Positions 1 through 9,378 of a stretch of 64,000 bases of DNA are shown one piece after another. The DNA is from an uncultured bacterium. Lineage in GTDB: Bacteria > Patescibacteriota > Minisyncoccia > Phycocordibacterales > CAIRYW01. The notes beneath the pieces are model-generated. The model made no database searches. It saw nothing but the letters and a program-made list of their open reading frames with translations, and had not been told where the DNA came from. The stretch is from positions 68,352-132,351 of the forward strand of contig CAVYBO010000001.1 of NCBI GenBank assembly GCA_963766885.1, written 5' to 3'. The number at the start of each line of letters is the position of its first letter. Within the stretch, counting starts at the first letter, position 1. A program made the translations under genes and the position numbers.

Positions 1-1159
1 TCGGCAGAAAAAAGTGCTTAATATTATTCCTTCAGAAAATTATTGTTCACAAGATGTCCTGACAGCTTTAGGCTCAATCTTTGACAATAAGTATGCAGAG
101 GGATATCCACATAAACGTTATTACGGAGGACAAACTTATACCGATGAACTCGAGGATCTAACAAGAGATAGAGCGCTTAAACTTTTTGGATTGGATAAAA
201 ATAAATGGGCAGCAAATGTTCAGCCTCTTTCTGGTGCGCCTGCAAACTTGGCAGTATATCTAGGTCTAGTGCCAATTGGAGGAAAAATTATGGGAATGGA
301 ACTTTCTTCTGGAGGACATTTAACTCATGCTCAAAAAGTTTCAATAACGGGAAAAGTTTGGAAAAGAGTGCCGTACATAGTTGACCCAAAAACTGAACTT
401 CTTGATTATGAAGAAGTTAAGAAAATAGCTATGAGAGAATTACCAAATATTATTGTGGCTGGCTTTACTGCGTATCCAAGAATTGTTGATTGGAAAAAAT
501 TCAGAGAAATCGCAGATGTGTGCGGAGCGATTCTTATGGTTGATATGGCTCATATTGCTGGATTAATTGCCGGAAAAGCATATCCATCGCCATTTCCTTA
601 TGCAGATGTTGTTACTACAACTACTCACAAAACTCTCCGCGGTCCAAGAGGCGCTCTGATTTTTGCCCGAACAGATAAAAAGATTAAAAATGAAAAAGGT
701 AAAGAATTTTCTTATGCAGAACTTATAGACAAAGCTGTTTTTCCTGGTCTTCAAGGAGGACCTCATATGAGCCAGATTGCGGCTGTGGCTGTAGCTTTAA
801 AAGAAGCATCAACACCTGCATTTAAGCAATATTCTAAACAAGTTATAAAGAATGCCAAAGCTTTAGCAGAAGAACTTCAAAAACTTGGATGGAGAATTAT
901 TTCCGGTGGTACAGATTCACATCTTATTTTGATTGATACATGGATGAATGGCAAAGGGATTCCTGGTAAAGATGCAGAAGCCTTGCTAGAAAAAAACGAT
1001 ATTATTTGCAACAAAAATACAATTCCCGGCGAAACTCGTTCACCGTTTGATCCATCTGGTATTCGTTTGGGAAGTTCTGCCGAAACCACTCGCGGCAAAA
1101 AGGAAAAAGACTTCAAAAAAATCGCCGAAAAAATTGATAAGATTTTAAGAAAAAAATAA
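1..1159 (+). CDS. glyA: serine hydroxymethyltransferase, 5'-partial (frame continues to window edge)
   Basis: Translation SENYCSQDVLTALGSIFDNKYAEGYPHKRYYGG...HLTHAQK...TTTHKTLRGPRG is the conserved SHMT core. About 30 N-terminal residues are missing at the window start. Confidence 0.9.
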   Translation, partial: RQKKVLNIIPSENYCSQDVLTALGSIFDNKYAEGYPHKRYYGGQTYTDELEDLTRDRALKLFGLDKNKWAANVQPLSGAPANLAVYLGLVPIGGKIMGMELSSGGHLTHAQKVSITGKVWKRVPYIVDPKTELLDYEEVKKIAMRELPNIIVAGFTAYPRIVDWKKFREIADVCGAILMVDMAHIAGLIAGKAYPSPFPYADVVTTTTHKTLRGPRGALIFARTDKKIKNEKGKEFSYAELIDKAVFPGLQGGPHMSQIAAVAVALKEASTPAFKQYSKQVIKNAKALAEELQKLGWRIISGGTDSHLILIDTWMNGKGIPGKDAEALLEKNDIICNKNTIPGETRSPFDPSGIRLGSSAETTRGKKEKDFKKIAEKIDKILRKK

Positions 1160-1160
1160 T

Positions 1161-1487
1161 ATGAATGAAGGTGAGAAATACATAACTCCAGAAAATCCTG
1201 GTAGCGAAGAGAGTATAAAAATTAAAAAACTTGTCCAAGCAATTATTCTAAAAAGATACTTTAATACAGAAAATCTTGATGCAGATAAAGTCTTGGACTG
1301 GCTCAATAAAAATTCAAAAAAATTTAACGATCTATTAAAAGAATTGGAGCATGAAGATACTCATCTTTATCAACACACACTGCAAACTCCAGAAGCCACT
1401 GCTGATATTATTTGGCAGAGAATGTTTGGATCAGAAATTGATAAAGCTGCGGAAGTCATAGAAGAAGAAATGGATCAGGCAGCCTAA
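1161..1487 (+). CDS. hypothetical small acidic protein
   Basis: 108-aa ORF packed tightly between glyA and tmk. No motif recognised. Confidence 0.3.
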   Translation: MNEGEKYITPENPGSEESIKIKKLVQAIILKRYFNTENLDADKVLDWLNKNSKKFNDLLKELEHEDTHLYQHTLQTPEATADIIWQRMFGSEIDKAAEVIEEEMDQAA

Positions 1488-1491
1488 ATAA

Positions 1492-2154
1492 ATGAAAAAA
1501 GGAAAATTTATTGTAATTGAAGGAACGGATGGATCGGGCAAGACTACTCAAACTGAAGCTTTGCTCAGACGATTAAAAAAAGATGGAATTTCTTCGGAAT
1601 CTATACGTTTTCCACAATACGAAAAAAATCTTTTTGGTTCGCTTATTCGCGAATGTTTGGACGGCAAGCACGGAGATTTTATTTCTGTTGATCCCAAAAT
1701 AGCATCTGTTTTGTATGCCTGCGATAGATTTGAAACCATTTCAAAAATAAAAAACTGGCTTAAGGAAGGCAAGGTTATTATTGCTGACAGATATGTATCC
1801 TCCAATCAAATTCATCAGGGAGGGAAAATAAAAGATGAAAAAGAGAGAGCAAAATTTTTGGATTGGCTCGGAGCGATGGAATACGATACTCTTGGAGTAA
1901 TTAAACCAGATACTGTGTTTTATCTGAGTATGCCTTATGAGATATCTTTGGAGTTGATTTCAAACAGGAAAGGTACAAAAGATGCTGCGGATTCAAATTT
2001 TGAGTATTTAAAAAATTCAAAAGAAGCTGGCGAGTATATGGTTTCAAGGGAAAATTTTTGGACAAAAATTGATTGCGCGCCAAAAGGTAAGCTACTTGCA
2101 AAAGAGGAAATTGCAGACTTAGTTTGGAAAAAGGTTTCTAGCGTGATTAAATGA
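1492..2154 (+). CDS. tmk: thymidylate kinase
   Basis: N-terminal P-loop FIVIEGTDGSGKTTQ and DRY motif ADRYVSS, 220 aa. Confidence 0.85.
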   Translation: MKKGKFIVIEGTDGSGKTTQTEALLRRLKKDGISSESIRFPQYEKNLFGSLIRECLDGKHGDFISVDPKIASVLYACDRFETISKIKNWLKEGKVIIADRYVSSNQIHQGGKIKDEKERAKFLDWLGAMEYDTLGVIKPDTVFYLSMPYEISLELISNRKGTKDAADSNFEYLKNSKEAGEYMVSRENFWTKIDCAPKGKLLAKEEIADLVWKKVSSVIK

Positions 2155-3860
2155 CTCTCATGAAAGAAGAAATAAGGAAACATATAAATACAGCAACAAA
2201 AGAGCTTTTTGAAAACAGCTCTGATTTTTCTATTGAATATCCAGAAAATAAGTTTGGAGATTATTCTGCAAATATTGCTTTTGCACTATCAAAAGATTTA
2301 AAAAAATCTCCAAAAGAAATCGCCGAAAAAATTACAGAATGTTTGAATAGTAAAAAGTTAAAAATTTTTGAAAAAATAGAAGTGGCTGGCGGAGGATTTA
2401 TAAACTTTTTTCTTTCAGATGAAATTGTTATAGAAAATTTGCTCAAGGTGAAAGAAGAAGATTTTGGCAAAGGAAACCCGCTTTCAGGCAAAGAGATTCT
2501 TTTTGAATATACAGATCCAAACGCTTTCAAGGCTTTTCATATCGGGCACCTGATGAGTAATGCAATTGGCGAGTCCATTTCAAGGCTTGCAGAATTTCAG
2601 GGAGCAGATGTCAAAAGAATCTGCTACAGCGGAGATGTTGGACTTCATGTGGCCAAAGCTATTTGGGGAATGATTCAGAATAAAAAAGGTTTTCCTCACG
2701 ATAATGATTCACTTGAAGACAAAATAAAATTTATTTCAGATGCATATGTTTTTGGCAACACTCAATATGAAGAGAGTGAATTTGCAAAAAAAGAAATTGA
2801 GATAATAAACAAAAAAGTTTTTGAAGGGAGTGATCGAGAGATTTTAATTTATTATGAAAAAGGAAAGCTTTGGAGTTTTGAGCATTTCAAAGAAATTTTT
2901 GAAAAGCTTGGAACAAAGTTTGATAAATTGATTTTGGAAAGCGAAGTTGCGCCCGTGGGGCAGAAGAAAATTGCAGAAAATATGGGAAAAGTTTTTGAAG
3001 AAAGTGACGGAGCGGTTGTCTTCAAAGGCGAGAAGCATAATTTGCATACACGTGTGTTTTTAACTTCTCAAGGTTTGCCAACTTACGAAGCTAAGGAACT
3101 TGGTCTTTTTGAGAAAAGGAAAGAATTGTTTCCAAAATATAGTTTGTCATTTGTTGTTACCGCAAACGAGCAGAAAGAATATATGAAAGTTGTTGTAGCG
3201 GCTGAAGAGGAAATCAATCCAGGCAGCGGAGAAAAATTCAGGCACATCACTCATGGACTGCTTCGTTTCAAAGATGGCAAGATGTCTTCCAGAATTGGGA
3301 ATGTTATTACAGGAGAATCTTTGATTTTTGAGGTTGAGGAATCAGTAAGAGAGAAAATAAAAGACAAAGAACTGGATGAAAAAGAGAAAAAAGAAATTTC
3401 TGAAAAAGTAGCAATTGCCGCAATCAAATATCAAATACTAAAACAGTCTCCCGGCAAAGATATTATTTTTGACAAAGAGAAGTCAATTTCTTTGGAGGGC
3501 GATTCTGGGCCATACATTTTGTATGCCTACGTGCGCGCAGTTTCTATTTTGAAAAAAGCTGAAGCAGAAAATTTAAAATCATCCAAAGCGCCAAAAAATT
3601 GGCAAGCTACAGCAATTGAGAAATTAATTCTAAGGTTTCCGGACATTGTAGTGGATTCTTTTGAAAACCTTGGACCGCAAAAATTGGCAGAATATTGCTT
3701 GGATTTGGCAGCAACTTTTAACGCTTTTTATGCAGAGACCCAGATTGTGAATTCTGAGGATTCAAATTCAGGATATAAAATAAGTATTGTGGAAAATTTT
3801 GCCAAAGTTTTAGAAAAAGGGCTCTGGCTCCTTGGAATCTCGACAGTTCAGAAAATGTAG
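2151..3860 (+). CDS. argS: arginyl-tRNA synthetase
   Basis: HIGH motif (FHIGHLMSNAIGE), class I layout, KMSSR motif and the typical C-terminal ...QKM ending. 569 aa. Confidence 0.9.
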   Translation: MTLMKEEIRKHINTATKELFENSSDFSIEYPENKFGDYSANIAFALSKDLKKSPKEIAEKITECLNSKKLKIFEKIEVAGGGFINFFLSDEIVIENLLKVKEEDFGKGNPLSGKEILFEYTDPNAFKAFHIGHLMSNAIGESISRLAEFQGADVKRICYSGDVGLHVAKAIWGMIQNKKGFPHDNDSLEDKIKFISDAYVFGNTQYEESEFAKKEIEIINKKVFEGSDREILIYYEKGKLWSFEHFKEIFEKLGTKFDKLILESEVAPVGQKKIAENMGKVFEESDGAVVFKGEKHNLHTRVFLTSQGLPTYEAKELGLFEKRKELFPKYSLSFVVTANEQKEYMKVVVAAEEEINPGSGEKFRHITHGLLRFKDGKMSSRIGNVITGESLIFEVEESVREKIKDKELDEKEKKEISEKVAIAAIKYQILKQSPGKDIIFDKEKSISLEGDSGPYILYAYVRAVSILKKAEAENLKSSKAPKNWQATAIEKLILRFPDIVVDSFENLGPQKLAEYCLDLAATFNAFYAETQIVNSEDSNSGYKISIVENFAKVLEKGLWLLGISTVQKM

Positions 3861-3873
3861 CTAGAATAATAAT

Positions 3874-4800
3874 ATGCAGGAAAACACAGCGGCGAAATAT
3901 ACAATCATTCTTTTCTATAAATACGAAGAGGTTCAAAACCCTGAGGGTTTTAGAGAGTGGAATAAACAAATCTGCGAAGAGCTTGGTTTGAAAGGCAGAA
4001 TAATTGTTGCCAGAGAAGGCATTAACGCAACAGTTGAAGGAAAAACCGAAGACATAGAAAAATACCTCACATCAATAAAAGAAATAGGACAAGAGAAAAA
4101 AGAATTCGGAGATTTTTCTGATATTGAAGTTAAAACAAGTGTAGGGCCAGGAAATAGTTTTCCAAAGCTCAAGGTCAAAGCAAGGCAAGAGATTGTGGCT
4201 TTGAGTTTGGGCACGGATGATTTTAGTCCGCGTCAAACTACCGGAGAATATTTGGCCCCGGAAGAATTAAAAAAATGGTACGAATCCGGCAAAGACTTTG
4301 CCATTGTGGATATGAGAAACGACTACGAATTTAAAGTAGGACATTTTAAAAATTCTATAAATCCGGATCTGGAAAACTTCAGAGATTTGTCAAAAAATAT
4401 TTTCAAACTTGAACCGCTAAAAGAAAAAACCGTTGTGACTGTTTGTACCGGAGGTGTCCGCTGTGAAAAGGCTTCTGGATTTTTGAAGAAAAAAGGATTC
4501 AAAGATGTCTATCAATTAAAGGGCGGAATGCATAAATATATGGAGCAATTTCCTGGCCAGGATTTTTTGGGAACGCTTTATACATTTGACGGCAGAGTGG
4601 TCATGGACTTTGGCGGAGAGAGGGAAGTTATCTCGCATTGCGAACTTTGCGGAGAGTCATCTGAAAATTATATAAACTGCGCATATCCGCTTTGCCACAA
4701 GCATTTTATTATCTGCCAAAAATGTTCGAAAGGTGAAGAAAATTTTTGTTCAAAAAATTGTGAAGAAAGGTATAAACAGAAATCTAAAGTTAGCATATAA
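3874..4800 (+). CDS. trhO: rhodanese-domain protein of the UPF0176/TrhO family (tRNA U34 hydroxylase-like) with a C-terminal Cys-rich tail
   Basis: N-terminus IILFYKYEEV...GRIIVAREGINATVEG and a rhodanese active-site loop CTGGVRCEKA. The C-terminal cluster HCELCGESS...CAYPLCHKHFIICQKCSKGEENFCSKNC is zinc-ribbon-like. Confidence 0.7.
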   Translation: MQENTAAKYTIILFYKYEEVQNPEGFREWNKQICEELGLKGRIIVAREGINATVEGKTEDIEKYLTSIKEIGQEKKEFGDFSDIEVKTSVGPGNSFPKLKVKARQEIVALSLGTDDFSPRQTTGEYLAPEELKKWYESGKDFAIVDMRNDYEFKVGHFKNSINPDLENFRDLSKNIFKLEPLKEKTVVTVCTGGVRCEKASGFLKKKGFKDVYQLKGGMHKYMEQFPGQDFLGTLYTFDGRVVMDFGGEREVISHCELCGESSENYINCAYPLCHKHFIICQKCSKGEENFCSKNCEERYKQKSKVSI

Positions 4801-4802
4801 AA

Positions 4803-4848
4803 AGTTACCCGGGCAATCGCAATGCGATTGCCCGGGTAATTTACTTTA
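4803..4848. terminator. perfect palindromic hairpin between convergent genes; bidirectional terminator
   Basis: TTACCCGGGCAATCGCA-ATG-CGATTGCCCGGGTAA gives a 17-bp perfect stem flanked by A/T runs. Confidence 0.6.
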
Positions 4849-5178
4849 CCGACATGCTGGTGCCGGCACCGTATGACCATAGCTGCCGTACGTGCCGCCG
4901 TCCTGTCCGTAGTTGGTTCCGTACGTGCCGCCGTAATTTGGCGTCCCGTACTGAGCAACATTGGACGGAAGGCAACGGACGGGAATTTCCTGTCCGTTGA
5001 TGATCTCGACTATTCGGACAATGCGACCGCTGCGGTCGCGGTAAATCCGGTAGTGAATTACCTCCTGCCTGCATCCCTGGGGAACTGGCTGGCAGTACTT
5101 GAGTTGGTTTTGGCAACGGTGACCACTGTTTAACGCCCCAGTGGTGAAGGCTAGCATTAGTAGAATGTACAGATTCAT
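4846..5178 (-). CDS. small secreted cysteine-rich, Gly/Tyr-rich protein (GC-rich segment)
   Basis: 110 aa. Signal-peptide-like N-terminus MNLYILLMLAFTTGALN, 6 Cys, and a C-terminal YG(T/S)YG repeat tail. Putative -10 TATAAT 7 nt before the ATG on the minus strand, suggesting a leaderless transcript. The local GC is clearly higher than the flanks, so frame assignment is uncertain. Confidence 0.4.
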   Translation of the reverse strand: MNLYILLMLAFTTGALNSGHRCQNQLKYCQPVPQGCRQEVIHYRIYRDRSGRIVRIVEIINGQEIPVRCLPSNVAQYGTPNYGGTYGTNYGQDGGTYGSYGHTVPAPACR

Positions 5179-5266
5179 TACTCGTATTATATCATACTTT
5201 ACTAAAAAATCAATAGCTGTAAAAATGCCATAAATAAAGGGAAAATGCTAAAATGCAAAGTACTTT

Positions 5267-8200
5267 ATGACAGAAGAAAATCAGCAAAAAAGCGAGCATG
5301 CAAAGCGCGAGGAAAGGATTCTTGAATTTTGGAATAAAAACCAGATTTTCCAAAAAACCTTGGATAAAAAACCTCAAAAAGGCAATTTTGTTTTTTATGA
5401 AGGCCCTCCTACGGCCAACGGCAAGCCCGGAATTCACCACCTTGAGGCCAGGGCTTTTAAGGATGTAATACCTCGATACAAAACAATGCAGGGATATTTT
5501 GTGCGCCGCAAAGCTGGTTGGGACACGCATGGATTGCCAGTTGAGATTGGAATTGAAAAAGAACTTGGCTTTAAATCCAAAAAAGAGATTGAAGAATACG
5601 GCATCGCAGCTTTCAATAAAAAATGCAAAGAAAGCGTTTTTAAGTACATTGATCTTTGGAGCAATTTTACCGATAGAATCGGCTATTGGCTCGACAAAAA
5701 AAATGCCTATTTTACTTTTGATTCAAATTATATTGAATCGCTTTGGAATATTTTCAAGAAAATTGATGATCAGAAACTTCTGTACAAAGATTACAAAGTT
5801 GTGCCATGGTGTCCGCGCTGCGGGACAACTTTATCGAGCCACGAGCTCGCTCAGGGCTACCAAGAAGACAAAGATTTGTCTGTGTATGTGAAGTTCAGAA
5901 TTGTAGAGCCTCAGAGCCACAGTCTTCGTTCGCCGTTGGCGAAATCGCCTGTGTCGTCTTCGGCTCTTACAGATTCCGAGGTTAGTGATAAGTCGAGGAT
6001 GTTACGCGCGACTTTTGCGGAGCAAAACGAAGCGCGTGACTCTGAGACTACCCAAACGTACTTACTCACATGGACAACAACACCGTGGACGCTTCCGGGA
6101 AACGTTGCTTTGGCTGTGGGAGAAAAGATTGATTATGTAAAAATAAAAATTGCCGAAGAGTTTTTGATTTTGGCTAAAGATCGACTTGCTGTTATCGTGG
6201 GCGAGTATGAAATTATTGAAGAAATAAAAGGCAAAGATTTAGTTGGTCTTGAATACGAGCCTGTTTATCCATTTATCACAGGCAACGAAAATTCTTTTAA
6301 AGTATACGCAGCTGATTTTGTAAACACAGAGGATGGCACAGGAATTGTGCATATTGCGCCGATGTATGGAGCAGACGACTTTGAACTTGGTAACAAAAAC
6401 AATCTTCCAAAACAGCATCTTGTAAACGAAGATGGAACTTTCAAAAGCGAAGTGGAATTTTTGGCTGGAAGGTTTGTCAAAGACGAAGAAACTGCGGTGG
6501 AAATAATCAAAGATTTGGCTCACAGAGGGTTGCTTTTCAAAAAAGAAAAGCATACTCACCAATATCCGCATTGCTGGAGATGCGGCACGCCGCTTATTTA
6601 TTTTGCCCGCGATTCTTGGTACATAAAAATGTCAGCGCTTCGGGAAAAATTGGTTTCTGAAAATGAAAAAATAAACTGGGAGCCGGAATATATCAAAGAA
6701 GGCAGGTTTGGCGAATGGCTCAGGGAAGTCAAAGACTGGGCAATTTCTCGCGAGCGATATTGGGGTACGCCGCTGCCCATCTGGTTTGGTGAAGATGGAG
6801 AAAAACTGGTAGTGGACTCGATTGAAACTCTTAAAAAATACACCAAAAAATCCGGCAATAAATATTTTTTAATGCGTCATGGAGAAGCGGAGCATAATAT
6901 TGAAGGTGTTTTTAGTTCTGACGAAGAAAAAGTTCATCACTTGACGGAAAATGGCACGAAACAAGCAGAAAAAACTGCCGGGAAATTAAAAAAAGAAAAA
7001 ATAGATTTGATAATTTATTCTCCTCTGACTCGCGCCAAAGAAACAATGGAAGAGGTGAAAAAAATTTTAGGAGAAAATATTTTGGCGGTTGAAGATAAGA
7101 GGGTAACCGAAGAAATATTTGCAGGGCTCTCTGGTATGAAAGAAAAAGAGTTCAAGAATCATTTTCCAACATTTGAAGACAGGCTTCACAATAGCGTGCA
7201 GAACAGCGAGACTCTTTTGGAAACAAAAAACAGAGTTGGAGAATTTTTGTATGATCTTGAAAATAAATATCAGAATAAAAATATACTGGTTGTTACTCAT
7301 GGCGGCCCTATATCGCTTATGTTTTGCGCATCAAATGGTCTTCTTGAAAAAGATATAAAAGAAAATTATAGCGGCAATTTCATAATGCCGGGTGAATATA
7401 CGGAATTAAAATTTACTCCGCTTCCGCACAATGAAAACTTTGAGCTTGATTTGCATAAGCCTTTTATTGATGAAATTGAACTTGTGTCAGATTCCGGAAA
7501 ACTTTTGAAGAGAATCAAAGAAGTTTGCGATGTGTGGTTTGATTCTGGATCAATGCCGTTTGCGCAGGATCATTATCCTTTTGAGAATAAAGAATTGATT
7601 GATAAAAATGGCGGATATCCAGCGGATTTTATTTCTGAAGCCATAGATCAAACCCGCGGATGGTTTTATACGCTTCATGCGGTTGGTGTGTTGACAGGCA
7701 AAGGCAATGCATACAAAAACGTGATTTGCTTGGGACATTTGCTCGATAAAAACGGCAAAAAGATGAGCAAGTCTTTGGGTAATGTGGTGGATCCGTGGGT
7801 AGAGATGGATAAATTCGGCGCGGATGCAATCAGGCTTTGGATGTATTCTGTAAATCAGCCAGGAGAGAGCAAAAATTATGATGAGAAGACAGTAGATGAG
7901 ATTATAAAAAAGAATTTCAATCTGCTCTCAAACGTTTACGCTTTTTATGAACTCTATAGAGATAAAGATTTGGAGACTAATGCTGCGCCAAAATCCAAGA
8001 ACGCTTTGGATATGTGGATTTTGGCGCGTTTGAATCAATTAATAAATGAGGGCACAAATTACCTTGAAGACTACAGACTGCTTCAGCCTGTGCGAATGCT
8101 CAAAGAATTTATCGAAGATCTTTCTACTTGGTATTTGAGAAGGTCTCGCGAGAAAATTCGCGAAGGCGACAAGAATGCAAAGCAGTGTTTGTATTTTGTG

Positions 8201-8794
8201 CTGAAAACTTTATCAAAATATATGGCGCCTTTTGCTCCGTTTTTTGCTGAAGATTTGTATCAGAAATTAAGATTAGAAGATGATTTTGAAAGCGTGCATT
8301 TGGAGAGTTGGCCCCACTTCGCCAAGGCTTCGCGGGGCGAGCCAGATAAAATTATTGAAGAAATGAAAAAGTTTAGAAGTGTAGTTTCTTTGGCGCTTGA
8401 AGCAAGACAAAAAGCTAATATAAAAGTACGTCAGCCGCTTGCAAAATTGTCTTTGAAAGAAAAAGTTTCTGATGAGTATGCGCAAATCATAAAAGATGAA
8501 ATAAACGTCAAAGAAGTCGTAATTGATTCTTCAATTCAAAATGAAATTGAACTCGATACAAATATCACAGATGAGCTGAAAGAAGAGGGAATGGCTCGGG
8601 AAATAATTCGCGCGATTCAGGATGCAAGAAAAGAAAAAAATCTTTCTCCAAACGACACTGTAGCGATAAATATTTCTGCCCCGGAAGAAACAATTATGCT
8701 CGTAAAAAAATATCAAAAGGAAATCCAAAAACCAACATCTGTTGAAATAAAAGAATTGAAAAATTCAGTCGAATTAAAAATTGAAATTCTGTAG
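5267..8794 (+). CDS. ileS: isoleucyl-tRNA synthetase with two in-frame insertions, one a complete histidine phosphatase (PGAM-like) domain
   Basis: HHLEARAFKDVIPRY (HIGH-like), WTTTPWTLPGN (CP1), WAISRERYWGTPLPIW, DVWFDSGSMPF and KMSKSLGNVVDP. 1175 aa, longer than typical. Confidence 0.9.
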   Translation: MTEENQQKSEHAKREERILEFWNKNQIFQKTLDKKPQKGNFVFYEGPPTANGKPGIHHLEARAFKDVIPRYKTMQGYFVRRKAGWDTHGLPVEIGIEKELGFKSKKEIEEYGIAAFNKKCKESVFKYIDLWSNFTDRIGYWLDKKNAYFTFDSNYIESLWNIFKKIDDQKLLYKDYKVVPWCPRCGTTLSSHELAQGYQEDKDLSVYVKFRIVEPQSHSLRSPLAKSPVSSSALTDSEVSDKSRMLRATFAEQNEARDSETTQTYLLTWTTTPWTLPGNVALAVGEKIDYVKIKIAEEFLILAKDRLAVIVGEYEIIEEIKGKDLVGLEYEPVYPFITGNENSFKVYAADFVNTEDGTGIVHIAPMYGADDFELGNKNNLPKQHLVNEDGTFKSEVEFLAGRFVKDEETAVEIIKDLAHRGLLFKKEKHTHQYPHCWRCGTPLIYFARDSWYIKMSALREKLVSENEKINWEPEYIKEGRFGEWLREVKDWAISRERYWGTPLPIWFGEDGEKLVVDSIETLKKYTKKSGNKYFLMRHGEAEHNIEGVFSSDEEKVHHLTENGTKQAEKTAGKLKKEKIDLIIYSPLTRAKETMEEVKKILGENILAVEDKRVTEEIFAGLSGMKEKEFKNHFPTFEDRLHNSVQNSETLLETKNRVGEFLYDLENKYQNKNILVVTHGGPISLMFCASNGLLEKDIKENYSGNFIMPGEYTELKFTPLPHNENFELDLHKPFIDEIELVSDSGKLLKRIKEVCDVWFDSGSMPFAQDHYPFENKELIDKNGGYPADFISEAIDQTRGWFYTLHAVGVLTGKGNAYKNVICLGHLLDKNGKKMSKSLGNVVDPWVEMDKFGADAIRLWMYSVNQPGESKNYDEKTVDEIIKKNFNLLSNVYAFYELYRDKDLETNAAPKSKNALDMWILARLNQLINEGTNYLEDYRLLQPVRMLKEFIEDLSTWYLRRSREKIREGDKNAKQCLYFVLKTLSKYMAPFAPFFAEDLYQKLRLEDDFESVHLESWPHFAKASRGEPDKIIEEMKKFRSVVSLALEARQKANIKVRQPLAKLSLKEKVSDEYAQIIKDEINVKEVVIDSSIQNEIELDTNITDELKEEGMAREIIRAIQDARKEKNLSPNDTVAINISAPEETIMLVKKYQKEIQKPTSVEIKELKNSVELKIEIL

Positions 8795-8820
8795 AATTGT
8801 AGAGTGTTATAATTAGTTGT

Positions 8821-9378
8821 ATGAAAAAACGTGTTGTTATTGTTCATGGATATGGCGGAGCACCGGAAGGATGCTGGAAACCTTGGCTTAAAAAAGAATT
8901 AGAAGCACAGGGGTTTGATGTAAGTGTTCCTTTAATGCCAGATACTGATTATCCAAAACTTTCTCCTTGGCTTGCAAAATTAAATGAAGTTATTGGCAAT
9001 CCAGATGAAAATCTGTTTTTGATTGGACATAGTCTTGGAACGCCAACTATTTTGCAATACCTTTCAAGGTTATCAGAAGGCGTGAAAATCGGCGGAACGA
9101 TTTTTGTGGCAGGATTACCATCGTTTCCAGAAATAAAAGACGACGTGGGAGAATTTTTTGCTGAAGAAAAAATTAAACAAGCTAAAAATCATTGCGATAA
9201 ATTTGCCGTTATATATTCAAATGGAGATGAACATGTGTCGATAGAAAGAGCAAAACAATTTTCTCAGAATTTAGAAGCGCAAGAAATATTTATTCAAGAT
9301 AAAGGGCATTTCTCAGACGACGACCAGGTATTTGAACTTCCTGAAGCTCTTGAAGTAATTCTTGGCATGTCCAAATGA
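8821..9378 (+). CDS. alpha/beta serine hydrolase (YdeN/RBBP9-like)
   Basis: VVIVHGYGGAP...LIGHSLGT contains a GxSxG nucleophile elbow. 185 aa. Confidence 0.6.
   Translation: MKKRVVIVHGYGGAPEGCWKPWLKKELEAQGFDVSVPLMPDTDYPKLSPWLAKLNEVIGNPDENLFLIGHSLGTPTILQYLSRLSEGVKIGGTIFVAGLPSFPEIKDDVGEFFAEEKIKQAKNHCDKFAVIYSNGDEHVSIERAKQFSQNLEAQEIFIQDKGHFSDDDQVFELPEALEVILGMSK

Noticed and set aside
4841-5133. Alternative ORFs 4841..5116- and 4873..5133+ in the GC-rich segment
   Set aside because: These frames are open only because of GC richness. The translations are Ala/Arg/Val-rich, low-complexity and lack a signal peptide. The 4846..5178- frame gives a coherent signal peptide plus Cys-rich protein.
5499-5891. 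ORF 5499..5891+ (130 aa) and several minus-strand ORFs inside ileS
   Set aside because: They are embedded in alternative frames of a strongly supported ileS reading frame and have Lys/Arg-rich low-complexity translations.
6850-7440. Possibility that the ileS insertion is an intein
   Set aside because: There is no Cys/Ser/Thr at the N-terminal splice junction, no block-G HN, and no endonuclease motifs. Instead RHGE, SPLTRA and HGG match the histidine-phosphatase fold.
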